14,299 bases of DNA, taken from the NCBI GenBank assembly GCA_052390515.1, contig JBQTGV010000177.1:1-14299 (forward strand). The letters are read 5' to 3'. Source of the stretch: Candidatus Eiseniibacteriota bacterium. GTDB lineage: Bacteria > ARS69. This document shows positions 7,238 through 14,299 of this stretch, piece after piece (the stretch's first letter is position 1; every line of letters starts with the position of its first letter). The notes beneath the pieces were generated by a model that was given only the letters and a program-made list of their open reading frames with translations, was not told the origin of the DNA and searched no databases. The translations under genes and the position numbers were made by a program.

Positions 7238-8956
7238 CTAACGGCTCCCGCCGCCACCGGCGACATCCCGCCGCGCCGCGTCGATCCAGCCCCGCACGCG
7301 CCGCTCCCGCGGCCACCAGCCCGGCTCGTCCAGCGCGGACAGGGCGGCGACGAGCTCGTCCGGCTCGCGGAAGGCGAGCTGCTCGATCGTGGTCACGCCG
7401 ACGGCCTCGAGCCGCCGGACGTTCGCCGGGCCGATCCCGTGCAGCAGCAGGAGCCGGCACTTCTCGCCGAGCGCGCCCATCAGGGCCTCGGTGCTGCCGC
7501 CCGGAACGTAGAGATCGCCGGCCTCGATGAGCCGCAGGACGCCCCAGGCGCTGTCCTTGTGCCGGTGCCGCGCGTACTCGGGGACACCGTCCGGGACGCC
7601 AGGAATGTCCCGTGCACGGGCGGCGAAGGAGTCCACGGTGAGCCAGTCCATGGCCTGCAGCACGCCGAGCGAGAGAATGGCGACGCCGATCTTCGCCCTG
7701 TTCCGCCAAGCCGGCGGCACGATCCCCTCCGCCTCGTGCGCATGCTCGGCACCGGGCCGCTCCCAGTCGGGCAGCAGCCCGAGGCGGACGAGGGCGCGGG
7801 CCATCGACCACAGGCACAGCGCGAACGGCGCGAAGCCGAGGAAGCCGAGCAGCGGCATCTCGAACGGCCGCAGTGCGGCGAAGCCCGGGACGGTGTAGAT
7901 CCAGCGGCCGCCGGAGACGGCGTTCGCCGCTTCCCACACGAGACCGCAGATCATCCCGGCTACGAGCAGCCGGAGAACGCGGCCAGGCCGGCCGTCGGCC
8001 AGATCCCGAGCCAGGGACGCGCCACCGCTCCGGCGCAGCCACGGCTCCAGAAAGAGCACCGGGATGGCCCAGACCAGCGGGAAGAAGAACGTCGGCAACG
8101 CGAGGACGAGCGCCGTGGCCACGCCGCCGGCGATCATGAGGTTGCGGTCCAGCGCCGCCGTCCATCGGATCCCCGGCATCCTCACGCTCTGGAACACGCG
8201 GCGCACGCGCAGGCACTCCTCCAGCAGCAGCACGCCGGGCAGCACGGTAGCGAAGGAGAGCGCCACCCCGATGCGCCGCAGGACGATGTTCGCCGGCACG
8301 CCGACGTAGTACCAGTTCTCGACCCGGAAGTTGATCGCCTCGAAGACGAGCCACATCGGCACGGACCACGCCATGAGGTGCATTACCGTGCGCCAGCGCC
8401 CGTAGAAGATCGAGTAGCCGAGCGTGCGCGACGACGTGACGAGATTGACGGCGAGCAGGAACGGGTACCATGCGAAGAGGTAGTACCAGGTGTGCACCGG
8501 CTCGACGTGCATCACCGAGAAGAACGTCGCCGCGGCCCACAGGGCGCCGGCGGAAATGGTGACGATGAGCGCCGCGAACGGCGGCTCGGGGGCCCGCGGC
8601 ATCGAAGCGGCTCGCGCACCCGACGGCGACCGCGGACCCTCGACGCGCGCCTCGAACCAGTTGGGCCGCTCGTCGACCTCGACCGCCGCCTCGCTCTCCG
8701 CGGGCGGCGTCTCGGGTGCTGGCTCCGGCTCCGGTTCCTCGAGGCTCACGGGCGGCGGCTTCGGCGGCTCGCGCTTCGGCTTCGGCGGAGCCTTCCGCTG
8801 CATCTCCTGCGCCATCAGGAGCTCGGAAGTCAGGTCGCGGAGGATGGGGAGGTCGTCGGAGTCCTCCTTCGACGACGCACGACCGCCGAGCTCCGAGGAG
8901 GAGTGCTCGAACGTCGAGAAATCGGGCTCGTCGCTTTCCCGCGGCGTCTCGGACAT
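7238..8956 (-). CDS. Polytopic membrane protein with C-terminal DUF4332-like helix-hairpin-helix domain (572 aa)
   Basis: Start MSETPRES (ATG 8956). Several TM helices with WLVFEAINFRVENWYY, GLVWEAAN...WIYTVP and FEMPLLGFLGF. C-terminal LHGIGPANVRRLEAVGVTTIEQLA...VRGWIDAAR. The ORF-track extension to 9475 overlaps the peptidase and is not credible. Confidence 0.8.
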   Translation of the reverse strand: MSETPRESDEPDFSTFEHSSSELGGRASSKEDSDDLPILRDLTSELLMAQEMQRKAPPKPKREPPKPPPVSLEEPEPEPAPETPPAESEAAVEVDERPNWFEARVEGPRSPSGARAASMPRAPEPPFAALIVTISAGALWAAATFFSVMHVEPVHTWYYLFAWYPFLLAVNLVTSSRTLGYSIFYGRWRTVMHLMAWSVPMWLVFEAINFRVENWYYVGVPANIVLRRIGVALSFATVLPGVLLLEECLRVRRVFQSVRMPGIRWTAALDRNLMIAGGVATALVLALPTFFFPLVWAIPVLFLEPWLRRSGGASLARDLADGRPGRVLRLLVAGMICGLVWEAANAVSGGRWIYTVPGFAALRPFEMPLLGFLGFAPFALCLWSMARALVRLGLLPDWERPGAEHAHEAEGIVPPAWRNRAKIGVAILSLGVLQAMDWLTVDSFAARARDIPGVPDGVPEYARHRHKDSAWGVLRLIEAGDLYVPGGSTEALMGALGEKCRLLLLHGIGPANVRRLEAVGVTTIEQLAFREPDELVAALSALDEPGWWPRERRVRGWIDAARRDVAGGGGSR

Positions 8957-8987
8957 GGGGTCCCCGGCGAGGCTCAGGATTGCCCTG

Positions 8988-9015
8988 GAATCGGCCGCCC
9001 AGCCTCCGCAGTTGA
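8988..9015 (-). promoter_or_regulatory. Possible sigma28/FliA-like promoter for the DUF4332-SGNH gene pair
   Basis: Minus strand reads TCAA-N16-GCCGATTC versus consensus TAAA-N15-GCCGATAA. It lies in the only sizeable gap of the minus-strand block, about 30 nt before ATG 8956. Confidence 0.3.
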
Positions 9016-9135
9016 ATCTGGGCCAGAGGGAGGCCAGGGTCCAGCCCGGGAAGCCCGCGCGGCCCGCCGGCGTGGTGCTGTCCAGCGGGTGGGGTTGGCG
9101 CCAGTAGCCGGCGTCGGTCCGTCCGTCCGCTCCCC

Positions 9136-10542
9136 TCAGTCCAGCCGGCCGGGCATGTCCGCCAGGACGTAGGCCATGACCGCCATCGCGGCGACGTTCC
9201 GCTGCAGGGCCTCGGGGTCGACCTTGTCGACGGTGTCGGCCTCGCTGTGGTGAATGTCCCAGTACGTCTCCATCGAGGTGCGTAGGGCGAGGCCCGGCAC
9301 GCGGCCCTTCATCAGCGGTGCGATGTCCGCACCGCCGCCTCCGATCTTCGCCGAGTCGGCCTGCACCGGACGCAGGAGCTGGCCGATCTCCTGCACCACG
9401 TCCAAGACGCGCTGCTGCCGTGCCTCGTCCACCGTATCGTCTTCGCCCTTCCAGACGCTCACGCCGAACCCCCAAGGCTCCTCGACGCCGAGGTCGGCCT
9501 CGATGGCGGCGTGATGGCGATGCAGGTCCCCGCGAACGGAGTCACGGTAGGCGTCCGCACCGCGCGTGCCGTTCTCCTCGTTGGTCCACAGCACGACGCG
9601 GATCGTGCGGCGGGGGCGAAGGCCCAGCTCGGAGATGAGACGCGCCGCCTCCATGGCCACGACGCATCCGCCGCCGTCGTCGTGCGCACCCTGCCCCACG
9701 TCCCAGGAGTCGAGGTGCCCACCGATCACGACCACTTCCTCGGGACTCACCGCGCCCGGCACCTCGGCGATCACGTTGAACGACTCGGCGTCGGGGAGCG
9801 TGCGCGCTCCCATCTCCAGCCGGATGCGTGCCTCTTCGCCCGCCTCCAGCATCCGCGCGACCATCGATGCGTCCTCGATGGACAGCGCCGCCCCCGGGAT
9901 CCGGCGAAGCTCCTTGCCGTACTCCTTCATGCTTCCGGTGTGCGGGTTGCGCAGCGAGCCACGCCCCACGGTGCGGACCAGGGACGCCACCGCCCCCTTC
10001 GCGGCGGCGCACTCGGCACCCTCGGAGCGGTACTTCACCGTCTCCGAGTACGTCGTGAAGGGCGCGTTCCAGAGCACGATGCGCCCGGCCACGGCCGAGT
10101 CCGGAAGTGCCTCGAACTCGGCGAAGCTGGAGACGGCGACGACGCGTGCTTCGATGCCGCCGGCGGGCGTGCCGATGCTGCGGCCGAGCCCGAGCATGGC
10201 GAGCTCCGCGTGTCGCGGCGCGACGAGCGTGGCTCGCTCTTCGCCGCGGACCCACACTGGAACCATCACGCGCTGGCGCCGCACGTTGGCGAGACCGTCC
10301 AGCTCCATCCGCTCGACCGCCCAGTCCACGGCGCGGGCGAGGGACGGCGAACCGGAGAGGCGGTGGCCGATGCCGTCACAGAGCTCGGTGAGCTTGCGCC
10401 AGCCCTCGTCGGAAGCCAGCGCCGCGGTGATGAGCCGCTCCGCGTCGCGGCGGTGGCGCTCGCTGACGGCGCTCTCGGCGAGCGGCACGCTCGGCAGCGC
10501 GAAGAGGAGCGCGGCGGCCGCCGCGAACCCGGAGCGGGTCCA
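9136..10542 (-). CDS. M28-family metallopeptidase, carboxypeptidase Q / PGCP-like, with PA domain (about 468 aa; start codon anomalous)
   Basis: GHRLSGS, GGHLDSWDVGQGAHDDGGG, NEENG, IEAD, HHSEADT. Signal-peptide-like TRSGFAAAAALLFALPSVPLA-ES follows the codon at 10542, which reads TGG as sequenced. The next in-frame GTG is at 10488. Confidence 0.88.
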   Translation of the reverse strand, partial: WTRSGFAAAAALLFALPSVPLAESAVSERHRRDAERLITAALASDEGWRKLTELCDGIGHRLSGSPSLARAVDWAVERMELDGLANVRRQRVMVPVWVRGEERATLVAPRHAELAMLGLGRSIGTPAGGIEARVVAVSSFAEFEALPDSAVAGRIVLWNAPFTTYSETVKYRSEGAECAAAKGAVASLVRTVGRGSLRNPHTGSMKEYGKELRRIPGAALSIEDASMVARMLEAGEEARIRLEMGARTLPDAESFNVIAEVPGAVSPEEVVVIGGHLDSWDVGQGAHDDGGGCVVAMEAARLISELGLRPRRTIRVVLWTNEENGTRGADAYRDSVRGDLHRHHAAIEADLGVEEPWGFGVSVWKGEDDTVDEARQQRVLDVVQEIGQLLRPVQADSAKIGGGGADIAPLMKGRVPGLALRTSMETYWDIHHSEADTVDKVDPEALQRNVAAMAVMAYVLADMPGRLD

Positions 10543-12830
10543 ACGCCCCCGGTCCGGGTGCTCGGACCGGCCTGCTCGAGGGACTCCAGCACGAGCTTCT
10601 TGTTGATGATCTCGGGCAGCACGATCACGTCCTCGGGACGCCCCGCAGGATACACGGCGTAGAACGGGACGCCGGCCCGGTCGTGGCGCCGCAGGACCTC
10701 GGAGATCTCCGGGTCCTGGCGGGTCCAGTCGCCCTTGAGCGCGAGGACGCCGTTCTCGTGGAACATGCGCTCCACCTCCGCGTCGGCGAGCACGGTGCGC
10801 TCGTTGACCTTGCAAGTCCAGCACCAGTCGGCGGTGAAGTCCAGGAAGACCGTGCGGCCTTCGCGGACCGAGGTGTCCAGGTACTCGGTCGAGAACGGCT
10901 CCCAGCGGACGCCGCCGCGGGTCACCTCGACGCGGGGGCCGAGCCGGGCGGTCTCCCCGCCTCCGGGAGGCGGCGCTGCGAAGAGCCGATTGTGCAGGAA
11001 CGCGCCGTAGCCCGCTCCGACGCCGGCCAGCGTCAGCGCCCAGATCAGCATCACCCGCCGCATCGACGAGGTGAGGTCCAGGAACGTGCCGTGCATCCAC
11101 GCGAAGAAGGCCAACACGAGCAGGAAGGCGAGCAGCCAGGCGGCGCCGTCCGCACCGGTCTGCGCGCCGAACACGGCCACGAGCCACACGAGCGTCGCCA
11201 GCAGCAGGAACCCCATGCCCTGCTTGAACCGCTCCATCCACAGCCCCGGCTTCGGCACGTAGCGCAGCCAGGCGGGATGCATGGAGAGCAGCACGTACGG
11301 GAACGCCAGCCCGAGCGACGTGGAGAGGAAGATGGCGATGATGACCGGCGCCGGCTGCGAGAACGCGAAGGCCACCGCGGCGCCGAGCATCGGGGCGGTG
11401 CAGGGAGTCGCCAGGATGGTGGTCAGCACGCCGTGGAAGAAGGCGTCGGCGTAGTCCTTGCGGTCCTTGGCGGCGAGCCCCAGCCCGACGATCGCGGTCA
11501 TGGCGCCGACCTCGAAGACGCCGAGGAGGCTCAGGGCGAAGACGAAGACGACGGACGCGAGCGCTGCCACGAACGCAGGGTTCTGGAACTGGAAGCCCCA
11601 GCCGATGTGCTCGCCCGCGGACTTGAGCGCGACGACGACGAGCGCGAGCGCCAGGAAGGAGACGACGACGCCGGCCCCGAACGTCCAGCCGAGCTTCGCG
11701 ATCTTGCCGGGATGCTCCTCGGCCTTGGAGACGAATCCGAGGATCTTCAGCGAGACGACCGGAAGGACGCACGGCATCACGTTGAGGATGATCCCGCCGA
11801 GGAACGCGAGGACCAGGAAGCGGAGGAGGTTCGCGCCGCGCGCAGTCGGCGCGGGCGCCGCCGCGACGGGATGCTCGGCGAGGAAGGGCCCCTTGCCGGA
11901 GAAGACGGCTGCACCGGTCGCGCGGGCGGTGTGTCCGGCCTCGGCCACGTTCACCGGCACCTCGAAGGAGAGGAGAAGGTCTTCGCCCCCGCGAGGAACG
12001 CGGATCACGCCGGCGAGCGTCGACACGGTTCCCGGCGCCACGGAGGTGTCCACTTCGACGGGAACGACCACGGCGAGGCTCGTGCCGTCGTCGCGGAAGG
12101 ATCCGTCACGAGTCCACAGTTCCGTGGACGGCCGCGGGAAGAACACGCACGCGGCGGGGTCGGCGCCGCCGAGGCCCCCGAATACGACCGCGATCTCCGC
12201 CTTCGCCCCGGGAGGGATGGCGTCGACGCTCTGGAACACCTGCACCGCGACGCCCGGGACGGCGGTCGCGGGCCGCGGCAGTTCCGCCTGCACGGCGGCG
12301 AAGTCGCGGACGACGGACTCGCCGGCGGGGACGGCCTCCGCGGCGACGTTCAACACGAGCGAGAGATCGGTGCCGCCGGGGATGCAGATGTCCTTGCACT
12401 GCAGCCAGTCGACCCGCGCCGCGAGCGTCACCGTCTCCGCGTCGAGCGGGGACGGCGGAGTGATCTCGGTGAGAAGCAGCACGCGGTCGGCGTAGCCGAA
12501 GGTGACGAGATCGCCCGCCTCTTCATACCGGTGGGGGACCGGCCACAGGATCGGTCCGGCCTCGAAGCCCTGGGGAAGGGTCCACTCGATCGTGGTGGGG
12601 AGGCCCGCGTCCCCGCCGTTCTCCCAGTACGTGTGCCAGCCTTCGGCCATGCGGATGTCCACGGCCACCTGGAAGGGGCGGCCGGCCGCGATCGTGCCGA
12701 CCTCGGCGACGAGGCGCGCGGTGACCGTCCCCTCGTGAGAGCCGGGGGACGACTCATCGGACCCGGCCGGGGGCAGCGCGAGCGCGCCCCCCGCCGCCCC
12801 GAGGATCAAGAGGGTATGGAGTCGAATCAT
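10266..12830 (-). CDS. dsbD: Thiol:disulfide interchange protein DsbD family (N-terminal Ig-like domain, TM domain, thioredoxin); expected true end near 10539
   Basis: GWHTYWENGGDAG and QCKDIC (N domain), LNVMPCVLPV and ATPCTAP (TM cysteines), DFTADWCWTCKVNE and GVPFY (thioredoxin). Start ATG 12830, alternative GTG 12872. As sequenced it has a 91-codon low-complexity tail overlapping the peptidase gene. Confidence 0.9.
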   Translation of the reverse strand: MIRLHTLLILGAAGGALALPPAGSDESSPGSHEGTVTARLVAEVGTIAAGRPFQVAVDIRMAEGWHTYWENGGDAGLPTTIEWTLPQGFEAGPILWPVPHRYEEAGDLVTFGYADRVLLLTEITPPSPLDAETVTLAARVDWLQCKDICIPGGTDLSLVLNVAAEAVPAGESVVRDFAAVQAELPRPATAVPGVAVQVFQSVDAIPPGAKAEIAVVFGGLGGADPAACVFFPRPSTELWTRDGSFRDDGTSLAVVVPVEVDTSVAPGTVSTLAGVIRVPRGGEDLLLSFEVPVNVAEAGHTARATGAAVFSGKGPFLAEHPVAAAPAPTARGANLLRFLVLAFLGGIILNVMPCVLPVVSLKILGFVSKAEEHPGKIAKLGWTFGAGVVVSFLALALVVVALKSAGEHIGWGFQFQNPAFVAALASVVFVFALSLLGVFEVGAMTAIVGLGLAAKDRKDYADAFFHGVLTTILATPCTAPMLGAAVAFAFSQPAPVIIAIFLSTSLGLAFPYVLLSMHPAWLRYVPKPGLWMERFKQGMGFLLLATLVWLVAVFGAQTGADGAAWLLAFLLVLAFFAWMHGTFLDLTSSMRRVMLIWALTLAGVGAGYGAFLHNRLFAAPPPGGGETARLGPRVEVTRGGVRWEPFSTEYLDTSVREGRTVFLDFTADWCWTCKVNERTVLADAEVERMFHENGVLALKGDWTRQDPEISEVLRRHDRAGVPFYAVYPAGRPEDVIVLPEIINKKLVLESLEQAGPSTRTGGVGPAPGSRRPPRSSSRCRACRSPRAPSASATAATRSGSSPRRWLPTRAGASSPSSVTASATASPVRRPSPAPWTGRSSGWSWTVSPTCGASA

Positions 12831-12877
12831 CGACCGGTTAGAGCGCCGGAGTCGACCGAGAGTTCCCTTCACGGGAC

Positions 12878-13036
12878 TCAGAAGAGCGTGTAGATGAACG
12901 GCGCGACGGACGTCGACGTGAACAGGATGAGCGCGCCGAGCACCACCAGGACGACCACGATCGGCGTCAGCCACAGCTTCTTGCGCACCTTCAGGAAGTC
13001 GAGGAACTCCTTGATGATCCCGATTCTGGACGTCAT
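12878..13036 (-). CDS. Small single-TM protein, DUF5989 / SxtK-like (52 aa)
   Basis: MTSRIGIIKEFLDFLKVRKKLWLTPIVVVLVVLGALILFTSTSVAPFIYTLF. RBS GAGAGG upstream of ATG 13036. The RKK.WL.P and APFIYTLF signatures and its position after carbamoyltransferase and SxtJ fit the family. The ORF track shows it only as the tail of a 234-aa ORF. Confidence 0.9.
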   Translation of the reverse strand: MTSRIGIIKEFLDFLKVRKKLWLTPIVVVLVVLGALILFTSTSVAPFIYTLF

Positions 13037-13047
13037 GGATTCGCCTC

Positions 13048-13449
13048 TCAGTATTGCTTGCGGAGGCGCTCGGGGTCGAACGGTCCATCCGAGCGCCGGA
13101 TCCAGTAGGAAGCCCTGCCCTTCTCGAAACCGCGGTCCAGCGGGTCCTTGCCCAGCATCCGGAGCACGATCCCGTACGGCGTGAACACGAGGTAGAACGC
13201 GAGGGTGAGCATGAGCCAGGTCAGCGCGCGCGCGATCCCCTTCGCGGCCGGCATCCACACGCGGTGGATGGGACCCAGCGCCGCCGGGACGGTGAGCGCC
13301 AGCAGGGCGAGGACCGGTGCGGCGCCGAGCAGCCAGGGAAGCGGTGCCTTGTGCCCGCGCCACCACAGGATGCCCGCCCAGAGGAGACAGACGACGCCGA
13401 GGGAGAGCCCGAAGGTCCTCAGCTCTTTCCGATCCGGCTTCGCGCTCAA
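13048..13449 (-). CDS. SxtJ-family membrane protein (133 aa)
   Basis: TTG start with RBS AGGAGG. ELRTFGL, W...A..I, FYLVFTPYG..LR.LGKDPL and SYWIRR...LRKQY signatures. Three hydrophobic segments. Confidence 0.88.
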   Translation of the reverse strand: MSAKPDRKELRTFGLSLGVVCLLWAGILWWRGHKAPLPWLLGAAPVLALLALTVPAALGPIHRVWMPAAKGIARALTWLMLTLAFYLVFTPYGIVLRMLGKDPLDRGFEKGRASYWIRRSDGPFDPERLRKQY

Positions 13450-13461
13450 GTCCGCCTCCTC

Positions 13462-14299
13462 TCAGTCCGCTTCGAACTTCCGGTCGGCGCGCACCCGTTC
13501 GATGAGCGCGGGATCCTGGTCCGACTTGCGGAGCAGGAAAGGGCCGGCCAGCAGAACGTCCATCTCCGTTCCCAGGAAACACTGGAAGGCGTGCTCCGGC
13601 GCACAGACGATCGGCTCGCCGCGCACGTTGAACGACGTGTTGATCACCAGCGGGCAGCCGGTCAGGTCCCGGAAGGCCGAGATCATGCGATGGTACGTCG
13701 GATTCGTCTCGGCGTGGACCGTCTGCACGCGGGCCGAGAAGTCCACGTGGGTGATCGCCGGAACGCGGCTTCGCCGCACCTTCAGCAGGTCGATCCCCGT
13801 CTTGCCCAGGTCGCCGTCGGTCACCGCGATGCGGTGCTCGTTGCGGACGTGGGTCACGAGCAGCATGTACGGGCTCTCGACGCCCTCCTCGAAGATCTCG
13901 CCGGCGTGCTTGGCCAGCACGCTCGGGGCGAACGGCCGGAACGACTCCCGGTACTTGATCTTCAAGTTCATGCGGCTCTGCATGTCGGGATCCCGTGGAT
14001 CCCCGATGATGGAGCGCGCTCCGAGTGCGCGCGGCCCGAACTCCATGCGGCCCTGGAACCAGCCGACCACGTGGCCCTCGGCGAGCAGCTGCGCCGCGGT
14101 CCGCGGGACGTCGTCCTCGACCAGCTCCTGGTACACGGCACCCGTCGTGTCCAGGAACGCCTTGATCTCGTCCCGCTCGAATGCCGGTCCGAGGTAGCTC
14201 CCGGACTGCGCGTCCTGCAGGCCGCGCTGGACCGGGCGTGGATGGCCGTGGAGACGGGGGGAGATGTGCAGCGCGACACCGAGCGCGCCGCCGGCGTCC
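13462..14299 (-). CDS. Carbamoyltransferase, NodU/CmcH/TobZ/SxtI family (C-terminal about 278 aa; 5' end outside window)
   Basis: Frame open to the window edge (DAGGALG...SYLGP). Motifs WFQGRMEFGPRALGARSI, KYRESFRPFAPS, PAITHVDFSARVQTV, INTSFNVRGEPIV. Confidence 0.95.
   Translation of the reverse strand, partial: DAGGALGVALHISPRLHGHPRPVQRGLQDAQSGSYLGPAFERDEIKAFLDTTGAVYQELVEDDVPRTAAQLLAEGHVVGWFQGRMEFGPRALGARSIIGDPRDPDMQSRMNLKIKYRESFRPFAPSVLAKHAGEIFEEGVESPYMLLVTHVRNEHRIAVTDGDLGKTGIDLLKVRRSRVPAITHVDFSARVQTVHAETNPTYHRMISAFRDLTGCPLVINTSFNVRGEPIVCAPEHAFQCFLGTEMDVLLAGPFLLRKSDQDPALIERVRADRKFEAD

Noticed and set aside
10543-11772. 410-codon N-terminal extension of the peptidase ORF (878 aa in the track)
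   Set aside because: It is an alternative frame inside dsbD, Arg/Ala/Gly-rich with no domain features.
6100-12893. Long plus-strand ORFs (6100-7530, 6821-9172, 9511-10662, 9566-10606, 10683-12893)
   Set aside because: Antisense shadows of well-supported minus-strand genes, expected in high-GC DNA with few stop codons.
13037-13582. 182-codon N-terminal extension of the DUF5989 ORF
   Set aside because: It overlaps the SxtJ and carbamoyltransferase genes in another frame. ATG 13036 has its own RBS and gives the family-typical size.
12878-14299. Saxitoxin biosynthesis cluster
   Set aside because: Only the sxtI/J/K-like triad is present, and it is widespread outside toxin producers. No sxtA, sxtG or other pathway genes are in the window.
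1-14299. CRISPR array, tRNA/rRNA, IS element or integrase
   Set aside because: I saw no regularly spaced repeats, RNA gene signatures, terminal inverted repeats or recombinase motifs.

Overview
High-GC bacterial DNA. The protein styles suggest an FCB-associated lineage such as Eisenbacteria, Krumholzibacteriota or Latescibacterota (inference). Two convergent blocks. Left block (+ strand, lower GC): a three-gene operon for exported proteins, comprising a 1198-aa propeller-like/beta-helix protein with a FlgD-Ig/T9SS-like C-terminal domain, a 436-aa beta-helix protein ending in SWGRIKEGYR, and a DNRLRE-like protein. It is followed by an orphan 210-bp paralogous copy of the middle of the first gene. 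Right block (- strand): NodU/CmcH-family carbamoyltransferase (5' end outside the window), SxtJ-family membrane protein, a 52-aa DUF5989/SxtK-like peptide, DsbD, an M28 peptidase, a DUF4332 membrane protein and a membrane-anchored AlgX/AlgJ-like SGNH protein. Main hypothesis: the 52-aa peptide ends in F-I-Y-T-L-F, the form of the DltX acyl-shuttle motif. This suggests an MBOAT-free relay (carbamoyltransferase to peptide Tyr to SGNH Ser) that carbamoylates envelope glycans. Also notable: one base at 10541 accounts for both the missing dsbD stop and the missing peptidase start; a C9 tract sits in a promoter spacer; and the large surface protein is rich in D-S/T O-glycosylation sequons. All family calls are by motif recognition; no searches were run.
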